Notes: a model not told the origin generated them from the sequence alone. A stretch of DNA of 64,000 nt from an uncultured bacterium (GCA_963827235.1 CAWHAE010000008.1:359870-423869); one strand, 5' to 3'; counted from the first letter of the stretch, positions 40,717-50,240 are shown. Translations and numbers: made by a program.

Positions 40717-41214
40717 GTGGAATCTCGCAAGTCCATTATCTGGCTGCTTGTCGGCCTGCTTGTAGGTGTGCTGCTGGGCAGCCACTTGCATACCACCGCC
40801 CTGGCCACTAGCCGACCGTGTGGAACGCCGACGCCGAGCGTGGTGGGCACGCCACGCAACACGACTCCCACCACAGGCGCGCATAGAATCCGCCTGCTGG
40901 TGTACGTCGCAAGTACTAGCTCGAAGCCTGACAATAACAATGTGGTTGAGCGGCCTTTTACCGTGCGCGGCCCGTTCACACTCCGCATGGACTACTCCGC
41001 CATCGACCCAAACAAGATGGCTACAGGAGGCGGGGGTTGGGTAGAGAATGCCACTACCGGCTTGTCGGAGTTCTTTAGTGGGGCAGCAATCGACGTTCAC
41101 GAAGCGCCCCAAGTGGTTCAGGTGCGCTTCACGGATATGCGGTGCCAAATCGGCTGTACGCTTGACGTCGTGGAAGGCAAGAACCTGCGTTGGGCTGCGC
41201 GGGTGGAACAGTAG
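40717..41214 (+). CDS. secreted or membrane-anchored hypothetical protein (element cargo)
   Basis: AAGGAG RBS, hydrophobic N-terminus, Pro/Thr linker, beta-rich C-terminal domain. Confidence 0.6.
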   Translation: MESRKSIIWLLVGLLVGVLLGSHLHTTALATSRPCGTPTPSVVGTPRNTTPTTGAHRIRLLVYVASTSSKPDNNNVVERPFTVRGPFTLRMDYSAIDPNKMATGGGGWVENATTGLSEFFSGAAIDVHEAPQVVQVRFTDMRCQIGCTLDVVEGKNLRWAARVEQ

Positions 41215-41479
41215 GGGCCACCCAGCCGAAGAGGTCGAGTTCACGAGTTGTGCTCTTGGCGGAATGCGGTTGGCGCGCGGTTGCACGTGAGCGCCACACC
41301 GCTTGCTGTGAAGGTGCGTCTAGGTACCCGGCTGCCAGCGACCTCACGCGCTATGCGAGGGACACACGACAGTCAACCCCTGAATCAGCCGCTCCAGGCG
41401 TGCGAAGTCGGTTGACAGGTTAGCGCCACGCATTACTGCCCATTTACCCCCGCCTTCGTCAACGTAGGACGAACGAAAG

Positions 41480-41500
41480 TGGGCCGTAGGTGTATTATAG
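41480..41500. other. probable junction between two unrelated contigs/genomes
   Basis: abrupt and lasting change from GC-rich to AT-richer sequence, codon usage and gene repertoire. Confidence 0.8.
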
Positions 41501-41546
41501 AAATAGTCTGTCAAATACAGCCAATATGATCTCCCGGCAAGCTAAG

Positions 41547-41614
41547 ACAATATTGTTGTTTCATCTGACCCTTTTGTAATATGTAACGCTTTTGTTATAT
41601 CGTGACAATATTGT
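41547..41614. promoter_or_regulatory. two identical palindromic upstream activator-like sites
   Basis: ACAATATTGT at 41547 and 41605, upstream of a sigma54 promoter. Confidence 0.55.
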
Positions 41615-41661
41615 TCGTCACTCTAAGTTTAAATAACTCAGATTATCAATGAGATAGCGGC

Positions 41662-41677
41662 TGGCATATTTTTCGCT
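41662..41677 (+). promoter_or_regulatory. sigma54 (-24/-12) promoter
   Basis: TGGCATATTTTTCGCT with GG-N10-GC spacing; IHF-like TATCAATGAGATA at 41644. Confidence 0.75.
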
Positions 41678-41709
41678 AGATAATACATATCCAGGCCCGG
41701 AGGCAGACA

Positions 41710-41901
41710 ATGAATACTTTGAAAGACAAGATAAAAGAGCTGGAGCGCGAAGAGATCGTAAATGCCCTTAGGGAAAGCAACTGGGTTATGGCCAGGGCGG
41801 CGCGTAGGCTTGGCATAACCGAGAGGATGATAGGTTACAAGATCAAAAAACTGGGCATAAGAAAAATATTCGAGAGAGAGGGGGAAGGAAAGGAATTATA
41901 G
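41710..41901 (+). CDS. stand-alone Fis-type HTH (NifA/NtrC C-terminal-like)
   Basis: LEREEIVNALRESNWVMARAARRLGITERMIGYKIKKLGI; GGAGG RBS. Confidence 0.85.
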   Translation: MNTLKDKIKELEREEIVNALRESNWVMARAARRLGITERMIGYKIKKLGIRKIFEREGEGKEL

Positions 41902-41971
41902 ACAGGCGGTACCTGATCAAAGAACAAAGCGGACTTGAGTCCGATAAATATTCAAGAGGGGGACTTTAGAG

Positions 41972-42838
41972 ATGAAGCGTTTTATAGCATTGTTGACAGC
42001 AGTCTTTGCCTTATGTCTTATCATTAACGTGTATGCCGAGGAGCAGGCACCTGCCGCGGCGCCAGTTCCTGCGACAGCAGCGGCTCCGGCAGCCCCAGCG
42101 GCTCCGGCACCCGATGTAACTGGCAGCGTTGTGTTTACTGGATTAAACAGGTATATCTTCAGAGGTGCCGAACTGAGTACTAAGAGTCTTGTGTTGCAGC
42201 CTTCCGTAACAGTCAACTACAAAGGATTTTCTATTAATTACTGGGGCAACTTGGATACCGATCAGCATCAGACGCAGGCTTTAGGAAATAGCAGCGGCAT
42301 CGGCCAGAAGAGCTAGAATGAAACGGATCTCACCCTAAGCTATACCTATAATATCGACAAACTTGCCCTCACCGGCGGGTATATTTACTACGGGACAAAC
42401 TATACTCAGCAGACTCAGGAGTTGTATGTAAGTGGTACCTATGACATGATTGCGCATCCTACACTGGCGGTATACCGTGATATCGATGCCCACCCGGGAT
42501 TCTATTTTAACCTTTCGTTCTCGCAGTCTCTGCCTGTTTACAAACTGTCGAACGGGGATGTAACTGTTGACCTCGGAGCGGGTTTCGGCTTTTACGATGT
42601 TACTGATCCTGGTGAGAAATATAGCGCACTTCACGACGGCAATGTAAAAGTTGGCCTTACCATACCAGTATATAAAAACGTAGTTGTGCAGCCTTTTATA
42701 CAGGATTGGTTCGCGCTTTCTCACACGGCCGGCAACGACCACAATGTATCTATCAATGGCATGTTCGTCAATACCAATCCGGCCGGACATATCGACAACA
42801 CCCTTGTATATGGCATAGGCGCCACATTGAATTTCTAA
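41972..42838 (+). pseudogene. outer-membrane beta-barrel protein interrupted by an in-frame TAG at 42314-42316
   Basis: signal peptide, NRYIFRG...LQPS, then KS*NETDLTLSYTY continuing in frame to terminal GATLNF. Confidence 0.75.
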
Positions 42839-42881
42839 CTTTTGCATTAAACGAGAACACATAAAAATAAGGAGTATCACT

Positions 42882-44777
42882 ATGGCAAACGAGCAACAAC
42901 CAGTCACCAGAGGGACATTAGGTCTGACAGGCTTAACGATGAACGCGATGGCGCTGATTGCGCCAGGAGCGTTCCTATGGTTAACATTTCAAATGCAGTC
43001 GCTTTACGGCGCACCGCTGGCCGGCATGTCGATGTGGTTCGGCATTCTCTTTGCCCTGTTACTGTGCTTCGCAACTGCAATCAGTTATTCGGAACTGGCG
43101 AAATTATATCCAGGTCCGGGTTCATCATATCTGTATGCAGAGCAGGCGTACCTTTCAAAAACCCACTCCTACAAGTTCGCCCGAATCGCCAAGTTCATAA
43201 CCGGATGGGCGAGCCATCTGTATTATTGGGTATATCCTGGGGTCATGGTAGGTGTTACGGCTATCCTCGGCGGGTTCTTGTGTAACCAGTTCTGGCCGGA
43301 TATATTCAGCGGAACCTATAACAGCCCGATCTTCATGTGGCTCTTTTGCATCGTCTTCGCACTAGGCGTTGCATACATCGCGTATCGTGGCGTAACCGGC
43401 ACGACGGCGGTCAACGTGGCTATCAATGTAATCCAGATTTCGGCGCTACTGATTTTTACCGTAATCGCCATTGGCTATCGCGTTCAGCACCCACAGGGAG
43501 CAGTAGGTTACCACCTTTCCACCGGTATAGCGGTTAATTATCAGGTTGCCCAGGAAGTCGTGAAGGACGATAAGGGCAATCCGACACCTGCGCTTGATCC
43601 CGACGGCAAACCGACTATGGACAAGGACGGGAAGCCTGTCTATCAGATGCAGGATTCGGTTGACAAAGACGGCATTCCTGTTGGGGCGGACAAGGACGGC
43701 AAACCTGTAGCAGATCCGAAACTCGCAGCCCCATTTGCGATCGACTATTCCGACGGAGCGATTACCAAGGATGATAAGGGGGCTGAAACATTCAATTACC
43801 ATTCCACGGCAGGTTCTGTCATTGCCCCGCACGGTTTCAACTTTATCTTCATTCAGGCGGCCATAGCAATTCTGATCCTTGTCGGCTTTGAGTCAGTCAC
43901 CGCAATGGGGGCAGAGGCGAAGCATCCGACGAAAGACATTCCGCGCGCGGTCTTGCTGTCCCTGGCCATTCAGGGAGCTTTTTGTTACCTTCTTGAGTAT
44001 TTCGGCGCAAACTACCTGCTTCACAATGGTTACACTATGTCGATGGCGGGTGCTTCCGGTGCTCCGATTGGAGATATGATGGTAATCGTAGGCACGTGGT
44101 TATTCGGCAGCTATGCGGCGGGCAAGGCGTTCATGCTGGTACAAGCCTTCACTGTTTTTCTGGCGCTAATCGGCACCACGCTATCCTGTCTCAGCACCGG
44201 CGCCCGTGTTACTTATGCTATGGGCCGAGATGAGGAAGTACCGTCACATTTCGGTCTCATGCATGGCAAGCACATGTCACCTCACCGCGCCATCTGGACT
44301 TTGGCTGTGATCTCGGTTATTATCGGCATCATAACAGTGACGCTTTATATGGGCGGCCAAACTACTGCGCCTGCAGCACTAGACAAACATAACTTCTGGT
44401 ACAGCGTCGGCATATTCTCGCCCGAGACTTATATGGCAATGCCTAACACGCTGCTCATCGTGACTCTTGTCAGTAACTTTGGCACCTTCCTTCTTTACAT
44501 GATCACCTGTTGGATCGCGATGGTTGCCTTCAAGGAGCACCATAGCTTTAATGGTTTGAAGCACTTTGTCATCCCGATCCTCGGACTGCTGGCGAATCTA
44601 GTCATCATGCTCTTTTACCTCGTTGGGCCTTTCACAGTTGCTGGCATGAGTTGGAAGGAACCGTACATCGCTCTCGTTGTCGTCGCACTGTGGGGCATTT
44701 ACGGCGCCGTCTACTTCATGAAAAGCAGTAAGGCAAAAGGTAAAGAAATATTACTCAGCAAACCTGTTAAATCCTAA
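42882..44777 (+). CDS. APC family amino acid/amine permease with a large acidic loop insertion
   Basis: AMALIAPGAF, ELAKLYPGPGSSY, LVGFESVT..GAEAKHP, ARVTYAMGRD. Confidence 0.9.
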   Translation: MANEQQPVTRGTLGLTGLTMNAMALIAPGAFLWLTFQMQSLYGAPLAGMSMWFGILFALLLCFATAISYSELAKLYPGPGSSYLYAEQAYLSKTHSYKFARIAKFITGWASHLYYWVYPGVMVGVTAILGGFLCNQFWPDIFSGTYNSPIFMWLFCIVFALGVAYIAYRGVTGTTAVNVAINVIQISALLIFTVIAIGYRVQHPQGAVGYHLSTGIAVNYQVAQEVVKDDKGNPTPALDPDGKPTMDKDGKPVYQMQDSVDKDGIPVGADKDGKPVADPKLAAPFAIDYSDGAITKDDKGAETFNYHSTAGSVIAPHGFNFIFIQAAIAILILVGFESVTAMGAEAKHPTKDIPRAVLLSLAIQGAFCYLLEYFGANYLLHNGYTMSMAGASGAPIGDMMVIVGTWLFGSYAAGKAFMLVQAFTVFLALIGTTLSCLSTGARVTYAMGRDEEVPSHFGLMHGKHMSPHRAIWTLAVISVIIGIITVTLYMGGQTTAPAALDKHNFWYSVGIFSPETYMAMPNTLLIVTLVSNFGTFLLYMITCWIAMVAFKEHHSFNGLKHFVIPILGLLANLVIMLFYLVGPFTVAGMSWKEPYIALVVVALWGIYGAVYFMKSSKAKGKEILLSKPVKS

Positions 44778-44808
44778 ACAGGCCGGACCTTGTATCAGTT
44801 TCAAATCA

Positions 44809-44840
44809 GGATGGTCACCCTTAGGGTGGCCATCCCTTTT
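44809..44840 (+). terminator. intrinsic terminator-like hairpin
   Basis: GGATGGTCACCC-TTA-GGGTGGCCATCC followed by CTTTT. Confidence 0.65.
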
Positions 44841-44889
44841 GCAGCTCATGCTTTTAATTTCACAAAATAAATGGTAAAGTGCTCTAACT

Positions 44890-46686
44890 ATGGAACTGAT
44901 CTACTCTGAACTTTCATCACCCGGACCGGCGCGCGAGAACAATGAGGATTATTTAGGCTCCTGGCAGCCGCAATCACTGGAAGAGAAGCGCAGACTCGGC
45001 GCGGTGGCTGTGCTGGCTGATGGCGTGGGTGGACTTAATTATGGAGAAGTAGCGAGCCGTATGGCTGTGGAAACTGCGCTGAAGACTTTTCGAGAGGCCC
45101 CAGGCGAGCAAACCCCGCAGCAGTTGATTACTCAAATGTTCAACGCGGCCAATCTTGCGGTATACGACAAAGGCATGGAGGACCATGGCAAGTCCCGCAT
45201 GGCTACGACTTTGGCCATTGTCGTGCTTCGCAATAACGAAATCGTGGTGGGCAATGTCGGCGATTCCCGCGTATACCTAGTCCGCAAGGCCGAGATCAAG
45301 CAATTATCTACGGACCATACCTACACCGGAATGCAGCAAAAGTTCGGGTTGATTTCGGAACAGGATGCCAGGACAAGCGAGAACCGTTCTGTCCTGACAC
45401 GCAGCGTCGGGCATGAACCAGTATTACGAGTAGATGTGGAAAGTGTTACTGTTTTTAAGGGAGACCGCATAGTTCTTTGTTCGGATGGTCTTTATTCGCA
45501 CGTCGGGGACAGTGAGATTGCTGAAATCGTATCGCGTCTTTCTCCGGCACAGGCTTGCCGCCAGCTTATTGCACTATCTGAGCAGAGAGGCACCGAAGAC
45601 AATCTATCCGTGCAGATTCTGCAAATCACCGATGTTGAGAAGGTAGCATATTATCGAGGCGTCCCGATGTATCAGGAGACTGCAGATCCGACTGCCAAGT
45701 ATGAACTGCGTCCCGGACAGACGCTCGACAACCGCTTTTTGATCACTGAAACCATCAGCCGTAGTGGAATGGCAACAATATTCAAGGCCACTGACCTGGC
45801 TAACAAAGAGACTGTGGCGATAAAGGTCCCGTTCATGGAGTTCGAGAGCGATTCGGGATTCTACTCGCGGTTCCAGCGTGAGGAAGAAATCGGACTTCGC
45901 CTGAACCATCCATACATCCTGAAATTCATTCACTTGGAGGAGGAACACCGCAGCCGGCCATACATTGTGACCGAATACCTTCGGGGTTATACTCTTTCGC
46001 ACCTGTTGAATAGCGTCCGCCCGATGCCCGAAAGAGACGCGGTCAAGTTGGCAAGCAGCATCTGCGAAGCGTTGTCGTACATGCATGAGAACGGTGTCAT
46101 CCATCGCGACCTTAAGCCGCAGAACATCATGATCTGCTATGACGGAACGATCAGGATCATGGATTTCGGCATCGCCAAGGCCGAGGAAGGCAGACGGCTC
46201 ACATTCACAGGCTTCACTCCTGCTGTGGGTACACCTGACTACATGGCGCCTGAACAGGTAAGCGGGAAGCGCGGTGACGTGCGGACCGACATATACAGCC
46301 TTGGGGCAATGCTTTATGAAATGGTGGTCGGAGTACCGCCGTTCGATGGCGACAATCCGTTTGTAATTATGAACGCGCGTGTAACCGGCGACCCTGAGGC
46401 ACCACGGAAACAAAACCCGAGAGTTTCTACGCATGTCGAGGAGATTATTCTGCACGCTATGGAACGCAATCCGAGAGACCGATATCAATCAGCCGCAGCG
46501 ATGAAGGCGGACCTGGACAATCCGGGCTCGGTAAAATTGACCGGACGATGCGACCGGCTTCAGTCGCCAACCCCATGGAAGCAGAGCTGGAAGAAGGTCC
46601 GCTGGATAGTGCTGGGCGTGTCGATATCTCTGGCAATCTTCATTTTTGTGCTTTGGCTTATCATTCAACGTGGGCCCGCTCATTGA
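44890..46686 (+). CDS. bifunctional PP2C phosphatase - Ser/Thr protein kinase with C-terminal TM anchor
   Basis: RENNED, LADGVGG, NVGDSRVY, CSDGL, EDNLS; VAIK, HRDLKPQN, DFG, GTPDYMAPE, DIYSLG. Confidence 0.93.
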   Translation: MELIYSELSSPGPARENNEDYLGSWQPQSLEEKRRLGAVAVLADGVGGLNYGEVASRMAVETALKTFREAPGEQTPQQLITQMFNAANLAVYDKGMEDHGKSRMATTLAIVVLRNNEIVVGNVGDSRVYLVRKAEIKQLSTDHTYTGMQQKFGLISEQDARTSENRSVLTRSVGHEPVLRVDVESVTVFKGDRIVLCSDGLYSHVGDSEIAEIVSRLSPAQACRQLIALSEQRGTEDNLSVQILQITDVEKVAYYRGVPMYQETADPTAKYELRPGQTLDNRFLITETISRSGMATIFKATDLANKETVAIKVPFMEFESDSGFYSRFQREEEIGLRLNHPYILKFIHLEEEHRSRPYIVTEYLRGYTLSHLLNSVRPMPERDAVKLASSICEALSYMHENGVIHRDLKPQNIMICYDGTIRIMDFGIAKAEEGRRLTFTGFTPAVGTPDYMAPEQVSGKRGDVRTDIYSLGAMLYEMVVGVPPFDGDNPFVIMNARVTGDPEAPRKQNPRVSTHVEEIILHAMERNPRDRYQSAAAMKADLDNPGSVKLTGRCDRLQSPTPWKQSWKKVRWIVLGVSISLAIFIFVLWLIIQRGPAH

Positions 46687-46717
46687 TCTAAATTATTATT
46701 GTATCGGAGGACTAAAT

Positions 46718-47047
46718 ATGACATATCTTGCATGGCTTATTTTTATAGCCGCAGCACTCTTGGAAGTTGGTGGGGATGCGGTAGTCCGTAAAGGTCTCCG
46801 CGGCAGCGGGATGTTAGTGATTCTTATGGGCGCCGCAATGCTGGGATTATACGGAGTAGTGGTCAACACGGTTAAATGGGATTTTTCCAGACTTCTCGGC
46901 GTTTATGTGGCAGTATTCGCGCTGATCAGTGTATTGTTCGGGCGCTTCGTGTTCGATGAGAATATACCGGGCTCGACCTGGATTGGATTGTCAGTCATTG
47001 TCTGCGGAGGGATGATAATCCAGTTCGGAGACAAAATCAAGATATAG
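46718..47047 (+). CDS. small 4-TM SMR/YnfA-like membrane protein
   Basis: AAALLEVGGD with Glu in TM1, four TM helices, GGAGG RBS. Confidence 0.75.
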   Translation: MTYLAWLIFIAAALLEVGGDAVVRKGLRGSGMLVILMGAAMLGLYGVVVNTVKWDFSRLLGVYVAVFALISVLFGRFVFDENIPGSTWIGLSVIVCGGMIIQFGDKIKI

Positions 47048-47058
47048 TCGAAAAGGAG

Positions 47059-48666
47059 ATGGAAATGAACAGGGCATGGATAATTTTGTTGATGACGGTG
47101 TTACTTGCTGGACTCCTGCTGCCTTCATTCCAGACATTTGCCGATGAACAGGTGCGATCCGCATCCGCGCCTGGACTGAAACCTGATTCGTCCGGAGCAA
47201 ATACCGGTGGAGCCGTGGATGTTGTAGGGGCCTCGCGAGGCGCACCCACAACGGATGATATGAAAAACCTTGCGATAAACGAGCCGCTCGCCGTGAAGCT
47301 GGCGGATGTGATAGGCCACAGCAGAATAGCTATTAATTTCATCTGGACCCTGATCTGCGGGTTTTTAGTTTTTTTTATGCAGGCAGGTTTTGCAATGATG
47401 GAGACCGGGTTCACAAGGACGAAGAACGCGGGCCATACTATGGCGATGAACATGATGGTATTTGTATTTGGTGTCCTTGGTTACTGGGTTTGCGGATATG
47501 CTTTCCAAATGGGCGGCTCAGGACCAAGCCCTCTTGCTGGTGGCACGGGATTGCTGAATGGTGAATTTGCATTGCACCTGTTCAGCAAAGACTTCGGTTT
47601 TTTCGGCACAACCGGTTTCTTCCTTTCGGGGCAGGCTTATGATGTCTCGATCATTACGCTTTTTTTGTTCCAGGTGGTTTTAATGGATGTTGCGGCCACT
47701 ATTCCGACCGGTGCAATGGCCGAACGCTGGTCATTCAAGTCATTAGTTATATTCGGTTTCTTCATCTCAATGGTCACATACCCGCTTTATGCAAACTGGG
47801 TATGGGGTGGCGGGTGGCTTTCTATGCTCGGCAAGAACTTCGGTCTCGGCCATGGTGTTCTCGATTTTGCCGGATCATCGGTCGTCCATATGGTCGGAGG
47901 CGTTTCGGCTCTGGCAGGAGCGATCGTTCTGGGTCCCCGCATGGGAAAATACAAGGCCGACGGTACACCCAATGCTATGCCTGGCCATAATATTCCTATG
48001 GCCATCGTGGGTTGCCTCATTCTCTTCTTCGGTTGGTTCGGGTTCAATTCAGGATCCACCCTTGCAGGTGCTGATTTGAGGATAAGCGTGATTGCGGTAA
48101 ACACAATGCTTGCTTCTTGCGCCGCATGCTTCTCTGCCATGTGCTATATGTGGGTTCTTTATGGCAAGCCGGACCTTTCCGTGTGTGCTAACGGACTGCT
48201 AGCAGGACTCGTCTCCATCACGGCGGCCTGTGCATTTGTAAGCACTGTCGGGGCCGTAATTATCGGAGCTATCGGGGGAGTCCTTTGCTGCGTGAGCATC
48301 TTCTTCGTCGAGAGGAGATTAAAGGTCGATGATCCCGTAGGTGCCATATCCGTTCACGGCACTTGCGGCGCATGGGGGCTTATGGGTCTCGGACTTTTTG
48401 CGGACGGGACATATGGCGATGGTCTCAACGGCGTCGCCGGCGCGGTCAAGGGGCTGTTCTACGGCGGCGCATCGCAGTTCGCTGCCGAGGTCATCGGTGT
48501 TGTTGTAAATTTCGTATTTGTATTCGCCGTGATGTATGGTTTTTTTAAACTGCTGAACAGGATTATTGCAGTTCGGGTATCTCCTGAAGTCGAGTTCGAA
48601 GGGCTCGACCAGAATGAAGTCTCTGTCACCGCATATCCCGACTTCGGTCTCAAGGCCCGCCGATAG
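47059..48666 (+). CDS. amt: ammonium transporter
   Basis: FMQAGFAM, GAMAER, DFAGSSVVH, GWFGFN, NGLLAGLV, DDPVGAISVHG (twin His intact). Confidence 0.96.
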   Translation: MEMNRAWIILLMTVLLAGLLLPSFQTFADEQVRSASAPGLKPDSSGANTGGAVDVVGASRGAPTTDDMKNLAINEPLAVKLADVIGHSRIAINFIWTLICGFLVFFMQAGFAMMETGFTRTKNAGHTMAMNMMVFVFGVLGYWVCGYAFQMGGSGPSPLAGGTGLLNGEFALHLFSKDFGFFGTTGFFLSGQAYDVSIITLFLFQVVLMDVAATIPTGAMAERWSFKSLVIFGFFISMVTYPLYANWVWGGGWLSMLGKNFGLGHGVLDFAGSSVVHMVGGVSALAGAIVLGPRMGKYKADGTPNAMPGHNIPMAIVGCLILFFGWFGFNSGSTLAGADLRISVIAVNTMLASCAACFSAMCYMWVLYGKPDLSVCANGLLAGLVSITAACAFVSTVGAVIIGAIGGVLCCVSIFFVERRLKVDDPVGAISVHGTCGAWGLMGLGLFADGTYGDGLNGVAGAVKGLFYGGASQFAAEVIGVVVNFVFVFAVMYGFFKLLNRIIAVRVSPEVEFEGLDQNEVSVTAYPDFGLKARR

Positions 48667-48679
48667 GGCGCAGATAAGC

Positions 48680-48709
48680 AAAATGTCCTGCCCATCGGCA
48701 GGGTGTTTT
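48680..48709 (+). terminator. terminator-like hairpin after amt
   Basis: AAAATGTCCTGCC-CATC-GGCAGGGTGTTTT. Confidence 0.6.
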
Positions 48710-48743
48710 GTTTATAATTGAAAAAACTCCCGGGAGACTATGT

Positions 48744-49982
48744 GTGGAATCCGCGATCAGCTTTGAGATGGCCAGGCAGTTGCTGCTATCTTTTGCCGTC
48801 ATCCTGGCAGCAGGCACCGTTTCGGTCTTTCTGTCGCAAAAGCTCAAGGTCCCGGATGTGGCTATATTTCTTCTTGCCGGCATCCTGCTCGGATCTGAGG
48901 TTGCCGGCATCTTACACATTGCTGCCGACTCGGCTCTGAACCAAATCATACTCATATTCGGCGCCTGTTATATCCTGTTCGACGGCGGAGCTTCGATCAG
49001 GCTGAAGGTCATGAAGCAGGTCTGGATCACTCTCTTCGTTCTCGCTACGGTCGGCGTTATTATCATGACAGCCATTACAGGTATTGCTGCTTATTATTTG
49101 CTGGGGCTCCCTTTGATTACAGCTCTATTGCTGGGTGCCGTAATCGCACCGACTGATCCAGCTACGATAATCCCTGTTTTCCATCAATTGAGAATAAAGG
49201 AGAGGGTTTCTCAGTCGCTGGTCAGCGAATCGGCATTTAACGACGCAACAGGTTCCGTCCTCACTTTCGCGATCCTCTCTGTCGCTATGGGTTCTTCCGG
49301 TTTTTCGCTAATTGGATCCCTTTCGGATCTTTTGAAGCAGTCTGTCGGGGGAGTTGTCATAGGTGGGGCAATGGGATATCTCAGCGCTTTGCTAATAGCC
49401 CATGAGAAGTTTGACTTCCTGGCCAAATACGCTCCCGTAATAACGCTAATGGCTGTAATCGGGACTTATTTGGGTGCGGATGGAACTCAGACGAGCGGTT
49501 TCATGGCGGTTTTTGTTTTCGGAATCATGCTCGGCAACAAGGAATCGTTCGGCTTTCGGATGAATGTGCTCGAGCATAAGAAACTCGATGAATATATCAC
49601 AAGGACAGCTATGATCATGAGGATGTTTATATTCATCCTTCTGGGCTCGCAGGTCGATTTCAGTCTCATGAGCAAATTCCTGTTCGGTGGGATAATTATC
49701 GTCAGCATATTCATGTTAATCGCACGGCCGATTACAGTCTTTTTATGCGCCATTCCGGACAGGCGGGCAAAATGGAGTTTCGACGAAATGATCTTTATGT
49801 GCTGGACGAGAGAGACGGGCGTAGTTCCCGCAGCACTCGCAGGCTTGTTGACGGGAAAGCATGTACCTGGCGCCGAAATCATAGCTGCTGTTACATTTAT
49901 CGCTATCCTTATGACAATCCTGATCCAGGCTACGACCGCGAAGTGGCTTGCAGGAAAATTGGGATTGCTGGAAGAAGCATGA
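48744..49982 (+). CDS. CPA1/NhaP-type cation:proton antiporter
   Basis: ILFDGG, APTDPA, ESAFNDATG, ARP, RETGVVPAALA. Confidence 0.9.
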   Translation: MESAISFEMARQLLLSFAVILAAGTVSVFLSQKLKVPDVAIFLLAGILLGSEVAGILHIAADSALNQIILIFGACYILFDGGASIRLKVMKQVWITLFVLATVGVIIMTAITGIAAYYLLGLPLITALLLGAVIAPTDPATIIPVFHQLRIKERVSQSLVSESAFNDATGSVLTFAILSVAMGSSGFSLIGSLSDLLKQSVGGVVIGGAMGYLSALLIAHEKFDFLAKYAPVITLMAVIGTYLGADGTQTSGFMAVFVFGIMLGNKESFGFRMNVLEHKKLDEYITRTAMIMRMFIFILLGSQVDFSLMSKFLFGGIIIVSIFMLIARPITVFLCAIPDRRAKWSFDEMIFMCWTRETGVVPAALAGLLTGKHVPGAEIIAAVTFIAILMTILIQATTAKWLAGKLGLLEEA

Positions 49983-50010
49983 AGGCGGTTAAGCGCTTAG
50001 GGCGCCCTTA

Positions 50011-50050
50011 TTGATACAATTTTTACACAATTTTTATACTTTCTTTAGTT
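50011..50050 (+). promoter_or_regulatory. 11-bp-period direct repeats resembling KdpE (OmpR/PhoB family) boxes
   Basis: TTGATAC (50011), TTTACAC (50022), TTTATAC (50033), TTTAG (50044). Confidence 0.6.
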
Positions 50051-50117
50051 ATTCTAAATAGAAGTAACCGGCAGCTTCCAGTACAAATTTTGAGGGCCCG
50101 GATTATCAGTTAAGACA

Positions 50118-50240
50118 TTAGCAGCCTAAATCCATCAGGAATGGATGCGGGGGAACCGTTTTTTGGGGCGTATTCCGGTTTAGGAAAGGGCACTTCCATG
50201 CCTGAGCCCGTCAGCTAACCTCGTCGGCATGTGGAAGGGC
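50118..50240 (+). ncRNA. c-di-AMP (ydaO-yuaA) riboswitch
   Basis: AAATCC...GCGGGGGAACC...TGGGGCGTAT...AGGG...CCTGAGCCCGTCAGCTAACCTCGTCGGC pattern directly upstream of a ydaO/kimA homologue. Confidence 0.9.

Larger units (their letters stand above)
35431..41490. mobile_element. tRNA-Lys-integrated replicative element (satellite or integrative-plasmid-like), truncated at the contig junction
   Basis: att fragment followed by excisionase, Rep-like gene, iterons, helicase and primase; integrase not in the window. Confidence 0.75.
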
